Below the pieces are notes generated by a model. The model was given only the letters and a program-made list of their open reading frames with translations. It ran no database searches and was not told where the DNA came from. Positions 32,801-51,864 of a DNA stretch of 64,000 bases are shown here, piece by piece. The DNA is from Nitrospirales bacterium (GTDB lineage: Bacteria; Nitrospirota; Nitrospiria; Nitrospirales; UBA8639), in the NCBI GenBank assembly GCA_965203295.1, contig CBDBCZ010000017.1, positions 960,001 through 1,024,000 on the forward strand. Direction: 5' to 3'. The position numbers were made by a program, and so were the translations under genes. Within the stretch, counting starts at the first letter, position 1. Each line of letters opens with the position of its first letter.

Positions 32801-35800
32801 CTGATTTATAAATAGATGGCACCTTCTCAGGGAAACTGCCTGTGGTTGGTGAAATGACACCAACTGGGAGGGAGGGAGGGAAATGAAAATTATGTAGTGA
32901 TTTTTACCAGCCAAGCGCTTAATTACCGTATAGCGCTTAAATTTCGCGGGTCTTTAATTTCACGAATTTCGCGAATTTGAAACGATTCGCAAAATTATTT
33001 CAACGAAAATTTTTACACTTCCGCATAGATAGTCGATTGCATAGACTAATACTATTTATCGTTTCGGTACTTCAGGAGCGTGAATAGACAGTATCCGTGG
33101 TCCAAGTTGCCAGATCCACAAGGAGCGCTCTCCAAACACGCGCCCTCGTCCGGGATATTTGCGGCAAACAGCAAAGCGCTGTAAGTTACTTCAGCTATCT
33201 GCCGGCGCGATGGGAGCATCCAGAAAATGAGCTCGAAGAAGGCCGAAATTAGAAAGCGAGCAGCAGAGCATGCAGCGCTAGCCACAATTCGCTACTAAGC
33301 TTCCTGTAAATCTGTGTGCATTTAGTCACTCAGGAACACTCCGCCCATTATTCATTAGTACGTGGGTGTGGCGATATTAACAACGGATTCGCGAAATTAT
33401 TTCAACGAAACGCTCAAAAACGGCTATTCGCGAATTTTTAGACCCGCGAAATTTAAGCGCTATACGGTATATTCTTCTAAAGGTCCATTTATACTGTACT
33501 CTAGACTGTGGCAGTACACATGCCTATCCCCATGCGTACAACTAGCCTCGTACGTTCCCAGGCTCTACTGCCCAGCTTTTTTCATACGTAGTAAAATAAG
33601 CGGTGCGAAAATAAGCTGGGCAGTAGAGCCTGGGAACGAGCTAGGCTAGCTTATAACCACACCTTCACTTTCGCCAGATTGATCACTAGAACCGTCGTGC
33701 TTTGAAACTGTGGAAGTGGAAGCGAGCTTGTGTTTCGCCACCGGTTCGGGGCTGGGACTCCGACTGATAGTAAGCCATTTCTTCACCGACCGCAGTGTCT
33801 TTCTGGCAGCTGGGAGCTCCGGGGACGGAGAACGGGATCGGTCTAGACTAATACTGGTGCTTCTCGACGACGCCAAAAGAGGCCGCTCGGAATGAGACAC
33901 TTGCAAACTCGCACTCCTCGGGGGCATGGAACCGGGACACTTGATGTAACTCGGGCTCCGGGGTGGGCTCACGCTGGCCGGCCGATGTCGTTCATGTATG
34001 TGTCCCGTGTCACATCGAGGGGAAACGCTCCGAGTTTCCCGTGGTCTTCCCGTTCGAGAAGGGGCTGATTCTTTCTGTCTCTGAGCAGAACCGCTTTTTG
34101 GCTGTGTGGTCACCACTCCCTCCTTCAATGGCATCTGGGGGTGCACTGGGAATTGTCGCTGGTGCTGAGGGAAGTGGAATATTTTCTCTAGAGGGACCTA
34201 GAAGGGGGGGGGATAAATCAGAGGTTACACTTGACAGGCTGTGTGAGAATTGGAAGGGAGGGAGGAAGAATTGGGAAGGAGGGAGGGAGGGAGGGAGGGA
34301 GGGAGGGAGGGAGGGAGGGAGGGAGGGAGGGAGGGAGGGAGGGAGGGAGGGAGGAAGGATTGGAGGGAGGGAAGGAGGGAGGGAAGGGAGGGGAGGGGAG
34401 GTTTTTTTAACAATACATTCGTGAGAAATGAGACAGGTATATAATATGCTTATTAAAACTAGTTTGTATTATTAATCTGGGATACTAGGAAGAATAAAGT
34501 ATATAGTGATCCAGATGATGAAACAGCTCTTGCCATTATTGATTGATTTTTACATATTAGCTAGTGTGGATAGTGAACTGTCTGAGGTTAAAGACCCATA
34601 GTACCACAAATTCCATTTTAGGAACACCAATTTTTACAGCAACATACCATGAAACTACTTCACTATGTGTGAATTACAGTTCACAGACACGAAATAGTAT
34701 TACTGGAGACAATTGCTTGCTCTTCAGCCTGCATCCAGGGCAAGGGTAACTCCAGCATAGAGATGCTGTACAGAGGTTGGTTGTCCCATGCAATAGGCAA
34801 TGGAAGTTTAGAGTAGAAACTGTGCAAACTGTTAGCCTTTGATTCTGACAGCCTAACGTAATTAAGTACTTGAGAGCCACGGCCTATTTGCCTTCTCCTG
34901 TGGACAATCAACTTGCAAATTTCTGTAGTCCCAAGATTTTTTGAGGTGCATAAAATTTGTGGTTTTCGCGGCAGTGTCGTGAACTACGCAGCAAGCTATC
35001 AAGAATCCTCGGTCTGTGATTCAGAAATTTTAGTTCCGCAAAATGTTCAGCACAACCAAACCACGAAAATAAGACTTAGAGATTCAACCCAGAGGCAGCT
35101 ACAATTCACAGGCATGTGATTTTAGAGGGCAGGCTTTTGTCCAGCCTAGATGCAGCTTATAGAGAGTTGCCATGGCATACTTTGGGAGAGGAGCGGTAAG
35201 GTTAGTCAAATTGGGGTATTCAACCTCCTGCTATGGGGGATCTCTGCAGAGTTGGTGAATAGTGAAGGGGGAATGTTTAGCTGGTTTATGATAAGGCTAC
35301 CTTGGGAAAGGAGTGGTAAGGGTGCAGAGAATGAGCTATATATCAGGAAGTTGCATGTCCCATTTTGACTAACCTGGCTTCCATTTACACCTGATATATA
35401 GCTCATTCTCTGCACCATTGCCCAAATCCCCTGAAATAGGAAGTTGCATGTCCCATTTTGACTAACCTGGCTTCCATTTACACCTATTTCAGGGGATTTG
35501 GGCAATGGTGAAGGGGGAAAGTCTATCTGGTTTATGACAAGGCTATCTTGGCATGCCTTGGGAAAGGAGTGGTACATGTAAGGGTGCAGTGCATGAGCCA
35601 TCAGGAGTGGGACATGTAAGGGTGCAGTGCATGAGCCATCAGGAGTGGGACATGTAAGGGTACAGTGCATGAGCCATCAGGAGTGGGACATGTAAGGGTG
35701 CAGTGCATGAGCCATCAGGAGTGGGACATGTAAGGGTGCAGTGCATGAGCCATCAGGAGTGGGACATGTAAGGGTGCAGTACATGAGCCATCAGGAGTGG

Positions 35801-37876
35801 GACATATAAGGGTGCAGTGCATGAGCCATCAGGAGTGGGACATGTAAGGGTGCAGTGCATGAGCCATCAGGAGTGGGACATTTATGACAAGGCTATCTTG
35901 GCATGCCTTGGGAAAGGAGTGGTACATGTAAGGGTACAGTGCATGAGCCATCAGGTGTAAATGGAAGCCAGGTTATAGAACAATGTCATGCAACTTCCTG
36001 TCTACAAGGAAATCCCAGTGCAGTTGGTGAATAGCCTTGCTCCCAGGCCCATGCCATTTTCGGCTACACGAAAGCTGGCACTTTCCTTCGTGCAACCGAA
36101 AAAGTTGTTGGCTTGGGAATAAGGCTACTTCTGGTGAGTACACATCCAGTGTGGCAAGTCCGACTGCCAAGGTCGTGTACAAGAAGCTGGCATCAATGCC
36201 AAGCACAGCCAACCCTACTCTAAACTGGCTCCGGTGTAGGCTGGGTTACTCGCTACTCCGACCCTCAATAATGTGCTTCCGTGGCTCACGTTCAGTCAGC
36301 CGTCCGGCCAGCTCCACCTTGAGCGAAGCAGCTGTTGACTGTGCTCTCTCAGACGCGAGGGTGGCTCCCTCCTCATTACTGCACTTACCTTCCTTACATG
36401 TTTATTTTTTCTATTCCACCTTTTTTTTCTGGTTGTTGTTTTGACTTTGTATCAGCCTGCTTGCAGTGTGTATATATATTTCTGCCACTGTAGTGTGGCA
36501 AATTCAGCTGATTTGCTATGAAATGTGCTTTGCACTTCCTCTGTGAACAGTGAGTGGGCTGATGAGGTTAGTAGTGAGTGGGCCGAATGAGGTCACTGAC
36601 TGGCTTTCCTCAAACCCTCCCCTGCCATCATTACTGACCTCATTATTAGGCTATTTTGTGGGGGCAGTGTTTGAATAGTAAGAATCCTGGGTGGGTGACA
36701 AAGGGTTCAATTATCGTGACCTTTAAAATTGTGATACTATGATGACATTATTGAAATATTGCCTGGATATTATGATGGTATTATTGAATTATCGCTTGGA
36801 TAGTACTATGGTATTATTGAATTATTGCCCAACGCACCTCTAGCTCCAAAGCGTTTCTAGTTACATGTAGACATAGCATTGTACTAGGAATATTTGGCAC
36901 ACTGTCTGTGTTGGGTGCATTTTGTGAATCTGGTACAATTTAAAGAGTGTGTTGCATGTTCTACATGTATAAACAGCGTGACGCTAACCCTATCCCAAAG
37001 TTTAACCCCAGCCCCAACCCTAACCCTAACTCCAACCCTAACCCTAACCCCAACCCTAACCCTAACCCTAACCCTAACCCTAACCTAGCCCTAACCCTAA
37101 CCCTAACCCTAACCCTAACCCTGACCCTAACCCTAACCCTAACCCTAACCTAGCCCTAAGCCTACGTACCATAAATAAAAATACGTACCATAAATAAAAT
37201 ACCAGCAGTGGTCATAGCAATAATCGAACAGGGTATGATTCCAACTCTAGTGGTGGACACTCAACTGTAGCTATCTCAAGTCTCATCTCACTGAGTAATA
37301 TTCCAGTACAGTGGAACCCCTCTTAAAGGACACCCCTGAAATAAGTCCACTTCTGTATTAAGGGACATTTTGGTGTGTCCCAAATATGCTTTCTTAATGT
37401 AAATTTACCCCTGAAATGAGGACACCTCTCTATACAGGACACTTCACCAGGTCCCCAAGGTGTCCACATTAGAGGGGTTCCACAGTATTAATCGTCACGA
37501 ATAAACAGAACTCCACTTCTATAATGGAGCCTCTCTTAACGGACCGGACAACCACCCTTGAACGGGCAAAAAACAAAAACACCGATTGATTTCAGCGATT
37601 AAACCTAACCTCCAAGAAGCAACTGCTTCTCTGCTCCGAACAACTGACACACTATAAAAAAAAACAAAAAAACATACAAACAAACAAACACACAAACGAG
37701 GGCTGTACCTGCCGCATCTCGGGTGCTTCCATAACGGCAGAGGTGTAGTGGGGGGCCTCGTACTTGACGTGGGGATATTTCTCCGCCTTGTGGTTCGGCC
37801 CACAGCAGCGCTGTAGACACCACCAACAGCAGTAGCAGCAGACACTGCCGTCATCATCACAGCTCGGCCAGCTCAT
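26826..37876 (-). CDS. Synaptotagmin-like protein, copy 5 (divergent, long Ser/Pro/Arg linker; about 553 aa; 6 coding exons)
   Basis: Exons 37876-37709, 34197-33663, 32863-32496, 31418-31287, 29281-29170, 27172-26826, with matching phases and 1662 nt total. Reads MSWPSCDDDGSVCCYCCWWCLQRCC..YPHVKYEAP..APEMRQ|VPLEKIF; C2A GQLEFSVYLD..DPFVVVFLLP; C2B KGDLLLSLQF..ADPYVK..HWLEMLSSPRQQVSHWH. Confidence 0.85.
27341..28176. repeat. 29-bp minisatellite in the last intron of copy 5
   Basis: Unit ACATAGTGTATGCTTAGCCTAGTACCYGT, roughly 28 copies. Confidence 0.95.
29740..30250. repeat. 86-bp tandem repeat, 6 copies
   Basis: CTCAAGAGAAATCT recurs at about 29752, 29837, 29923, 30009, 30095 and 30181. Confidence 0.9.
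30514..30902. repeat. Degenerate tandem repeat of about 48 bp
   Basis: TTACCTGTCACAATAATGTGTAGTTCCCCCCCACACCCCACATATC is repeated. Confidence 0.85.
31549..32412. repeat. 24-bp minisatellite with a higher-order duplication
   Basis: Unit GGGGTGGGCTCATACTCAGGCCAA, intronic in copy 5. Confidence 0.95.
32926..33467. mobile_element. TA-flanked MITE (second copy about 52767-53335; internal fragment about 26380-26600)
   Basis: TIR CCGTATAGCGCTTAAATTTCGCGGGTCT and its reverse complement, with TA flanks. Confidence 0.8.
35575..35955. repeat. 38-bp minisatellite
   Basis: Unit CATGTAAGGGTGCAGTGCATGAGCCATCAGGAGTGGGA. Confidence 0.95.
36150..36375 (+). mobile_element. Degraded fragment of a CRE-like (restriction-like endonuclease) non-LTR retrotransposon
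   Basis: Peptide VYKKLAS..LNWLRCRLGYSLLRPSIMCFRGSRS resembles the C-terminus of such elements in marine invertebrates. It lies in intron 1 of copy 5. Confidence 0.55.
37004..37160. repeat. Interstitial telomere-type (CCCTAA)n tract
   Basis: About 25 CCCTAA units with variants. Shorter tracts lie near 39620-39662, 6945-6975 and 7255-7295. Confidence 0.9.
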
Positions 37877-40800
37877 CAGGAATGAACTGTCGAGACGATC
37901 GCCTGTGGCAGTAGAGGCATGCATTAGTCTCTGTCTGCTAGTTGGTCTGTAGTTTTAGCATTTAAGGCGTGTTTCTGTACTGCATTAGTCTCTGTCTGAT
38001 AGTTAGTCTGGAGTTTTAGTACTGAAGGCGTGTTTCTGTACTGTATTAGTTTCTGTCTGTTAGTTAGTCTGGACTTATAGTATCTAAGCCATGTTTCTGT
38101 TCCGGCAGTAAAGGCAATAATGGTGGGAAGCAGAGTTTAATATATAAGGCTTTGGGTTTGGCTGGCCAAGCTGAAATTTTGATTGTCCATCTGTACACAA
38201 TCAGAGGCATGCATTAGTCTCTGTCTGTTAGTTGGTCTGTAGTTTTAGCCTTTAAGTCGTGTTTCTGTTTCTGTACTGCGTTAGTCTCTGTCTGTTAGTT
38301 AGTCTGGTCTTTTAGTATTTAAGCCGTGTTATAATGGTGGGAGCGGGGGGCCATATTTGAAAAAAGGTATGACGCGCACCCACCAAGTTGGTTGGTTGTT
38401 TCGGCAGGTCAGCAAAAAAAAAGGGGCTGTGCATCATGGGCTCTTTTTTTTGGCCTCCTGCTTGGAGTATATGAAAGCAGAGTTTAATATATAAGGCTTT
38501 GGGTTTGGCTGGCCAAGCTGAAATTTTGATTGGCCATCTGTACACAATCATAATCAAATTTTGGGTGGCCATTGTAGAAAATTGCACGGAAAATGGCCAG
38601 TGGCTAGCTGCTATTTTAAGCTTTGTATGAAAGGCCAGCAGCAAAGAGTGGATTAACCACTGGAAATTGCATGAAATGCACAGAAATGAAGTAAACAAAC
38701 TGTGCATACCTCTAAGCATTTGACCAAAAATGGTAAGATCTTAGCAACTCCTGAAACACACATTAAGAGTATTCGAATTCGTTTTTAAGGGTATGCTCAA
38801 GTTAATCTCTGGCGCATTTCATTGGGTGTGAGCAGTAGGAATATACTCTACATTGCTGTGCTTCCTTAGTTACATAACCTTAAGCTCCTTTAACGATATA
38901 GACACAGGGTTCTGCCTAGGAGACGTTGAGTGGTCAAAATTCATTCTCTAAGACACTTTTATTAGCTAAACGCACTTTTCCCATATTGTAAATAGAGTTA
39001 AACATTAGCTATTAGCTAAACGCACTTTTTCCATATTGTACATAGAGTTAAACATTAGCTGAGTGGTGGTCAAAAAGGCTGAGTGGTGGTTAGACCCGAC
39101 CACTGCTGACCAGTGTGGGCAGAACCCTGTAGATATGCGCAGTATGTCGCATAGCACAGTTGCAGCTTTCAGATATATATAGAGGGAAGGTAGTGAATAT
39201 ATAATTCTCTTGCGGCTAATCTTCTGATTCACAGCTCGTTTGGGCTACAGACAAAGTCTCTGATAAAAATTAATGTAAAGGAACGCAGCTATTTTCGAAT
39301 CGGTCCCTACTAACATACATCCCTTCTAGCCTCATACCCAGGCCACACCCACACCTGGGTTCGAGGCTAACATCACTTCGTGGCGCTTATAAGCTCCTGC
39401 TTTCATACAACTGACTAAAGGGGACTGGGTGGCCTAGAAATCATGGGGCTAGAACTACACAAGCCGTTAGAGAGAGTACGTTAGCCTGTACATTTGTATA
39501 GGCAATGCACGCACATGCAGTGACACTCGTGAGCTAGTGAATAGCTTGAAAATGAAGCACCGTAGCCAGCTCTAAACCCACCGTAGCCAGCTCTAAACCC
39601 AACGGTTAGCCTCCTAGCCCCTAACTAACCCTAACCCTAACCCTAACCTAACCCTAGCCCTAAAAATAAGTGGATGCTAACGTACTGTCTCTTTACTGTT
39701 TGATCATGGGTGGCACGCTCTATGGGCCCGAAGGGCGAATAGAGCGTGCCAGCCATGATCAAACCTACTTGGTACATGGGTGGGGTAGAGGGCGTGGCCT
39801 AAATATGATGGCTTGTGTGTTTATGTTCAGGGAGATATAAAGCTCCAAAAAATACGTCTCTATGGTAACATGTACCAAAGCTTCATATACATGTAGACAC
39901 CCCAGAATACAAAGCTGTGCTCTTTGTAGGCTTCTAATTACTCGTTGTGGTCAAGCAAAATATAAATAAAGCCAACATAGTGTTACAAAGATGTGCAATT
40001 TTAGTAGCCTCTGTTCCTAGGCTTTACTGCCTACCTTTTTTATGCTAGTAGGAAAAAAGCTGGGCAGTAGAGCCTTAGTCTCGTGCCCAGCCCCATGTTA
40101 GAAAGGTGGGTCTGGCTCCCCGTATATTCAAAGTTGGGGCAGCATTACGTCAGCGGTCCCAGATCTGGACCGGTAATGTGATTGGTTGATTATAGTATTA
40201 CATCACTAAACGGTTGCAGTATCGAGATAGTGGCCACGTGACGCTATTCGTTTGGTGATGTAATATGATGTAACGCTAACCCAACTTCGGGGAGCCAGAC
40301 CTACCTTTCTAACTTGAGGCTGGGCACGAGACTAGTAGAGCCTGGGAAGAAGGCTACAATTTTAGCTCAACTGTAAAGCTTGTTATAATGGCTTGAATTA
40401 AATAAAGATTATGTAACCAAATACGTTACTGAGTTACAGTTAATGAAGATTATGTAACCAAATACATTCCTGAATTGCAGAAGCTGTACAGTGAGGTCGC
40501 TATACTGCATTTTTTTTTTGCAGATGTGGGCTGTCTCGGGATACTAAGATACTGGTGCCACAGCAAAAGTGTAACAGAAGTAACAGCTGTCACACGTTAG
40601 GCATAGCCTTGTTCCCAGGCTCTACTACCCAGCTTTGTTCGCAAAGCTTGGCAGTAGAGCCTGGGAACAAGAGGCTACCGTAGTTAGGCACTGAACAAGG
40701 ATAGGCATTGTTGTAATTGTTATAATGTTAGAGTCAGACTTGTATCTGGAGTCACCATTGTTTGGCAAACTGTATAAATGGTTTGTTGTGTTTTTGTGCA

Positions 40801-41108
40801 AATGTGTGATGTGTATATGTGGTAATTACACTGGAAATAATGAGAAATTGAGTTCTACAGAAGCCGAGTTCAGCAAGCCATGAAAGAACCCGGCCTGCGA
40901 CAAAAACATGACGAGTGCATGGAACATGGAGCATGGAGCATGTAGCATGGAGCATGGAGCATGGAGCATGTAGCATGTAGCATGGAGCATGGAGATTAAA
41001 CAGACTGTAAACATATCGATATGGGAGAGTGAGACACAAATATGATGTTCTGGGTCGATGCTGCTAATTAACCCTGACGATTTACTTTGGAGGGGGGGAG
41101 TTGCCATG

Positions 41109-41122
41109 GTTGCCATGGTAAC
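41109..41122. promoter_or_regulatory. Candidate RFX X-box
   Basis: GTTGCCATGGTAAC fits the X-box consensus and is preceded by an overlapping half-site at 41100. Confidence 0.3.
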
Positions 41123-41419
41123 TTTAATGTGGCGTACTGGGAGGAAGGAAAGAGAGAGCCAGGCTGTGTAGAAGTAGTTTGCAAGAACAAATTGTACTAG
41201 CCTAGTTCCTAGGTCCCCAGCTTCTAGCCTCGGTCCCAGGCTATCCAGCTTTCCATCACTTGCACTACGGAAGAGCGGGTAAGACCACCTGAATCAACGT
41301 CAGTTAATGCTAATGTGTTTGCCAGACCACTTTAAATTTTTTTTGAGAGACAGGGAAGACTACCAGAATCTCCGTTTTGTTCTCTGCTACAAAAACGTAA
41401 AATCCAAAATGCTTATACC

Positions 41420-41710
41420 TAAATACCTACAGTAACCAGTACTAAATACCTCTAAGTAACCAATACTAAATACCTAAAGTAACCAGTACTAAATACCAGT
41501 AATAAATACCTAAAGTAACCAGTACTAAATATCTAAAGTAACCAGCCCGAAATACCTACAGTAACCAGTACTAAATATCTAAAGTAACCAGCACGAAATA
41601 CCTACAGTAACCAGTACTAAATACCTCCATAGGTAGTAGAGAGCCTTCTACTCTACTAATGATTATGGTACCTCTAAGTAACCAATACTAAATACCTAAG
41701 GTAACCACTA
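41420..41710. repeat. Degenerate minisatellite of about 23 bp
   Basis: Unit TAAATACCTAMAGTAACCAGTAC. Confidence 0.85.
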
Positions 41711-44700
41711 CAATATTATGTTCCTATGCAACGAAGGTGTGCTCTAGGAATGCTATTGTAGTGTGTTGTGGTACTGTGGTTGACAAAATATGCAGACTGA
41801 ATAGGGCTATATAGTCATCATCAACCTTAGCCTTGTACCCAGGCTACATCAACCTCAGGAAAAGGATGGAGGAAATGACAATACAGGATGTCAAAAGCTC
41901 CCGTGTGGGCAGTTGCTATGGGTTACTGATACATCTCTGCTCCACCTTCGTTCTGTCTTCACACCTCACCTCTCCATTCCATCTTTATACCCCATTTCTC
42001 CTCTATCCCCATTAATTAATCATGATACCACAAACAGTTTATGCCTAGATATCTATACAGTCAACAATGTGTAATTAATAAATAGTTTTTTGATGTAGTA
42101 GCTGTATGTATGTAGATGTATGTTGGGATTTAAGTGCGGGAAAACTTATTTTATGCGCTCTTGCTAGCTTATACTGAGCTTACATGCAAATTCAGATCAA
42201 AAAGTTCCTCCACTTTTAATAATAGGTTATGCAGGTTTCAGCATAAGTGATGCGGAGGAGCTTAATTCCCTTCACCTGCGATGGAAGCACTACTTGCTTT
42301 GTACAAGGCAAATTTCCTGAAATGAATCTTCAAGGAAAGCTGTAGGAAATTTAAAGTTCAGGGCTGTGTATAGGACAGGGCTGAATTTGTACCCTATAGC
42401 CTAACTAAATGTCAAATTTCCTTCAACTTTCATTCAAGACGTATTTTCACTTTCGGGTCAGTGTGGGTCAGGTAAATGGAAAGATATTCACTGCAGTGGG
42501 TAGCACCTGAATACACTATGCACCTCTACACACTATGCACCTCTACATTGGCTGCGAAGGAGCCAATTATGAACACAGAGTGCATGTGTGAGGGAAAGTG
42601 TTTGTGGATGGTTTTTTGCTCTCACGGAGCGTTATCTTAGCATCAAGAATCCAAAATGGCTGGTGACAGTGGCGAGGAGTTGAGAAATGTGATTATTTTC
42701 CCAGTATGTACTTTGCTACAGAGGAATGTTAGCCACGCCTAGTCTAATGATTAGTACATGCTAGACCTGCTGTATTAACACCCATGCTTTTATCAACGAT
42801 TTTACGTATTTCAACAGTAATGGAAGCTACTAACATTGAGACTAGTTGGTAGAAGACTATAGACTTAGCCCCGCCCCCTCAGCATAATTAATTTGCTGTC
42901 AGCCGGCTGTGTCAGAGGCCAAAGTTAGACAAGACAGACCTACACAGTTTCAACCCTTGTCTCTCCTTCAGCTATTCATGTCCACAGAGAGTAGGCCACT
43001 GTACACTGTGCAGTTCCCTTTGAACAGCAGCTGCATGACATCAGCATTCTACCACGCTTGTAGTAGTCTGACCAATCAGGTTGCTAGATTAGAGGTTTCA
43101 AAATCACTTATTCACCTCGTAATAGGTGTCTAACTTACTCACTTATTCACCTTGTTTTAATACCCTTCAGCCACGCGTTGCCATATAAACACGCGTAAAT
43201 ATAACCGCCGGATATAGCGTGGTAGAAGCCAGTTATACAACTCGTGGTCGGTGTATAAGTGATTTATTCCCCTCGGGCCTTTGGCCCTCGGTAAATAAAT
43301 CGCTTATACACCTCCACCTCGTGGTATAACCTATACTTAATTGGAGGTGTTGCATTAAAGTTGAAAGGAGATAAAAGAGCTAACTTGATTAAATTGCTTC
43401 AGCAGTTAGACTCTGATGGCAGCTGAACCGTGTTCAAAGTGAGCTGAAATCCACAGTATGGACCACAGCCCGCAAAGGATATAATTTATTGTCACTACGC
43501 GAGAATAAATCGTTTTATGGCATACACACACGGATAGGGGAGCTCTACTGTACCGATGATTTCTATAGAGTTGCTGGACCGCTAATTCTCACCGCACAGT
43601 GACAGTCCACCTGCTCACAATACAACGCTTATTAATTAATAATTATTAAAACATCACCTTGGGAACTTGTTCTTGCCGACACAGAAAACGGCAGTGAGCT
43701 CGAGCCTTGATCTGAGAGTTGAAGTATAGTCTCCTGATTTTGGGCGCAACCAACCGGAGTTCGCGGCAGGGCACTACTGAGCCCTGAATACGGCTAGTCA
43801 TACACAGGGACAAGGATCAACACGACAGGATGCCAAAGTTTGCTGTGCGCTTATTCAAGGTACCCCGGGAATGGCGGGGTTTCAAATGACCCACAGACTA
43901 TAATCACAATTAGCGTCTGGCTTCACTTTGTTTATAGTAAAGTCGATGAAGCGTGTACGTGCATGTGCATGGGTGTGGCATCACTCGTTCATATAATATA
44001 ATTATGCAGATAGCATTACATCAGCAGTTTATCAAAATCATATCATCTATCATTGCAACCAGATATGGTTGATTGTACCACAATGCCACAAAAGAATCTG
44101 GGGAGGCTGAGAACGAGGCTATATTTTTCTGCACACACTTATGGATACCAGAATTCACATTGTGTCATGTTGCATTTTTGTTTTCAAAACGGAGTGTATT
44201 GTAAAGCACCAATATTGCCAAATCTTCAAAACAAGAGTGCTGTTGTTCATTCACTTCATTGTTGGGACTCTACAATACACTCAGTTTCGGAAACAAAAAT
44301 GCAACATGACACAATGTGAATTCTGGTATCCATAAGTGCATACAGAAAAAATATAGCCTCGTTCCCAGCCTCAATCCACCGCCAGATTTTTTGTACATAT
44401 TCTGACCCCATCATTGCTTTGCCCGAACTGTTGCCAGCACCCAGACCGGAGAACACTGTATTGAATGATAACAGCAATAAAGTTCAAACCCATTGCTGGA
44501 CTGGGGCCAACACAAATATCCATATTTAATCAAACTAAACGTTTTGGCATGAGCAGGCCCAATCCCATGCCAGGGGGGGAAACCCAGTGGTTTTGTGTCA
44601 CTGGGGAAAAAAAGCCCAAAAACTCACAGCCCAGCAATTCTAACAAAAATAATACATGATAGCGTCCATTCATGCTGGTCCTCTCGCCATCTTGCCTTGC

Positions 44701-46319
44701 ATCCATCAGCTTCCGCTCAGCTCAGAAAATTCATAAGGGGGGGGGGGGGGGGGAGGAAAAGGACTTTGTAAACAATGAACAACCCTATACGATTTGAATT
44801 AAAAAATCGGAGTAGTTCCCTTTGCTGGGACTGGTAACAAAAACTGGAGAAGTGCCCCCCTTTACCAAGCACCTGCCCTTATACTACCCGTTTCCAAGCA
44901 AGCCTGCCGTAGCTAAGTATCAGCATGCTTCTACTCACTCTTATTGGCCCACTTCCAAAGCTGCAAACTTCCGCCCATAGCTACCCATTTCGTGGAGACA
45001 ATATTTCCCGCCTAATTCCGGTAGCTATGCAACCTCCAACCGGCATGAAATACATATCCAGTGTTTGTTTCACAGTGGCTGAGCAACAATCAATCAGTTT
45101 ATTTGAAATCAGTATGCAACAATTTTTTGTAACTAACATAACAATGACAAATTTTTGAGGGTTTGCAAGCACTTTGGTGACATCAGAAGAATCTTATTAA
45201 TTTGCATGCATGCCAACAGAGGCTAGACTACATGTAGCTGCTAGGATTCTTCTGCTGACAGTGCTAGTCCAGTCTACATACATATATAGTCTGTTTCCTG
45301 TTTTATACAGTGACAGCACAAAAGTCTATCATATTAAGTGAGAAGTGAAGTTCAAAGTTCAGAAGTTCTCACAAATGAGGAGCCAGAACTATTAAGTATG
45401 TAGCTATTGGAACTAAGAGCAAGATCTGTTGGAATGAGAAATTATGGGTCCTGTATAGGTCGCTCTATGTTCCATACTAATATTCTGATACCATGTTCCA
45501 ATAGTTCTAGCTCACGTCCCATGCGAAACAAGCCTTAAATATATTTATTGTCATGATTGTAGTTTCTCCTTCAAAACAGTGGCCTACAGCTGTTGAAGAC
45601 GGAAAATGAAATTTCAGCTGCTGCATGGGGAAACAACACGTTTCTTCTCCTATAAATACACAGATATGAAGTGAATGCGTATAATCTATCAGTCAGTATT
45701 ATTATGACCAAAAATTTTATCTGGAGTATAATTATAGCTAGCTCCTGAAATTACTCAAGTTTGGAAGGAACAAGTTCCATTTTGTGGGTTAGACCACTCT
45801 GGTTCTCAGCCTTTCAATTATCATGTGATACTATGGCTGCATTGATGAGTTTTAAATTTATCATTATTATCAGAAACCGAACACAGGACACCAACATGTG
45901 CATAACAAACGTGATTGGAAGTGCATACCCATACAAGAATACAAATGACGCACTAATGTAAGTGGTGCCTTTTTTACACAACGGGTAAACAGCTAGGTGC
46001 ATAAAGAAATGGCTTCTTTATAAATTGGGAGGTTCGTACCTGTACAAAAATTAAATACAAAATTGAAAGATGCAAGTGATGCCTCACTCCCAAGCCACTT
46101 GGGAAATGAGAAAATGGTGCACAACTCATAACTAATGATGAGCAGAAAGTTCTCTTTACGGAATGGCTGTGGCAATTGATGTAGGCTGAAAGTATGATTG
46201 TGTGATTGCAGTGAGGAGTGGAATGAGAGGGGCATGAAAACAGTGACAATGACTAACAGTTACAGCGTAAATAATAATTGTGATACTTGGTTCTCTGATT
46301 GCATACACGTACACTGCAA

Positions 46320-51524
<5,205 letters not shown>

Positions 51525-51700
51525 TACTGTTAGGGTGTGTGGGTGTGGGTGTGAGAGAGAAAGAGAGAAAAAGGTGAGAGGGAGTGTATGTGTGTGTGTG
51601 TGTGTGCGTGTGAGAGAGAGAGAGAGAGAGAAAGGGAGAGCGAAAGGGAGTGTACATGTATGTGTGTGTGTGTGAGAGAGAGAGGGTGAGAGGGAGTGTA

Positions 51701-51759
<59 letters not shown>

Positions 51760-51816
51760 AAGAGAGCGAGAGGGAGTGTACATGTATGTGTGTGTGTGTG
51801 TGTGAGAGGGAGTGTA

Positions 51817-51864
<48 letters not shown>

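Noticed and set aside
37004..37160. Chromosome end or fusion site
   Set aside because: Short, intronic, single orientation, and similar degenerate tracts occur elsewhere in the window.
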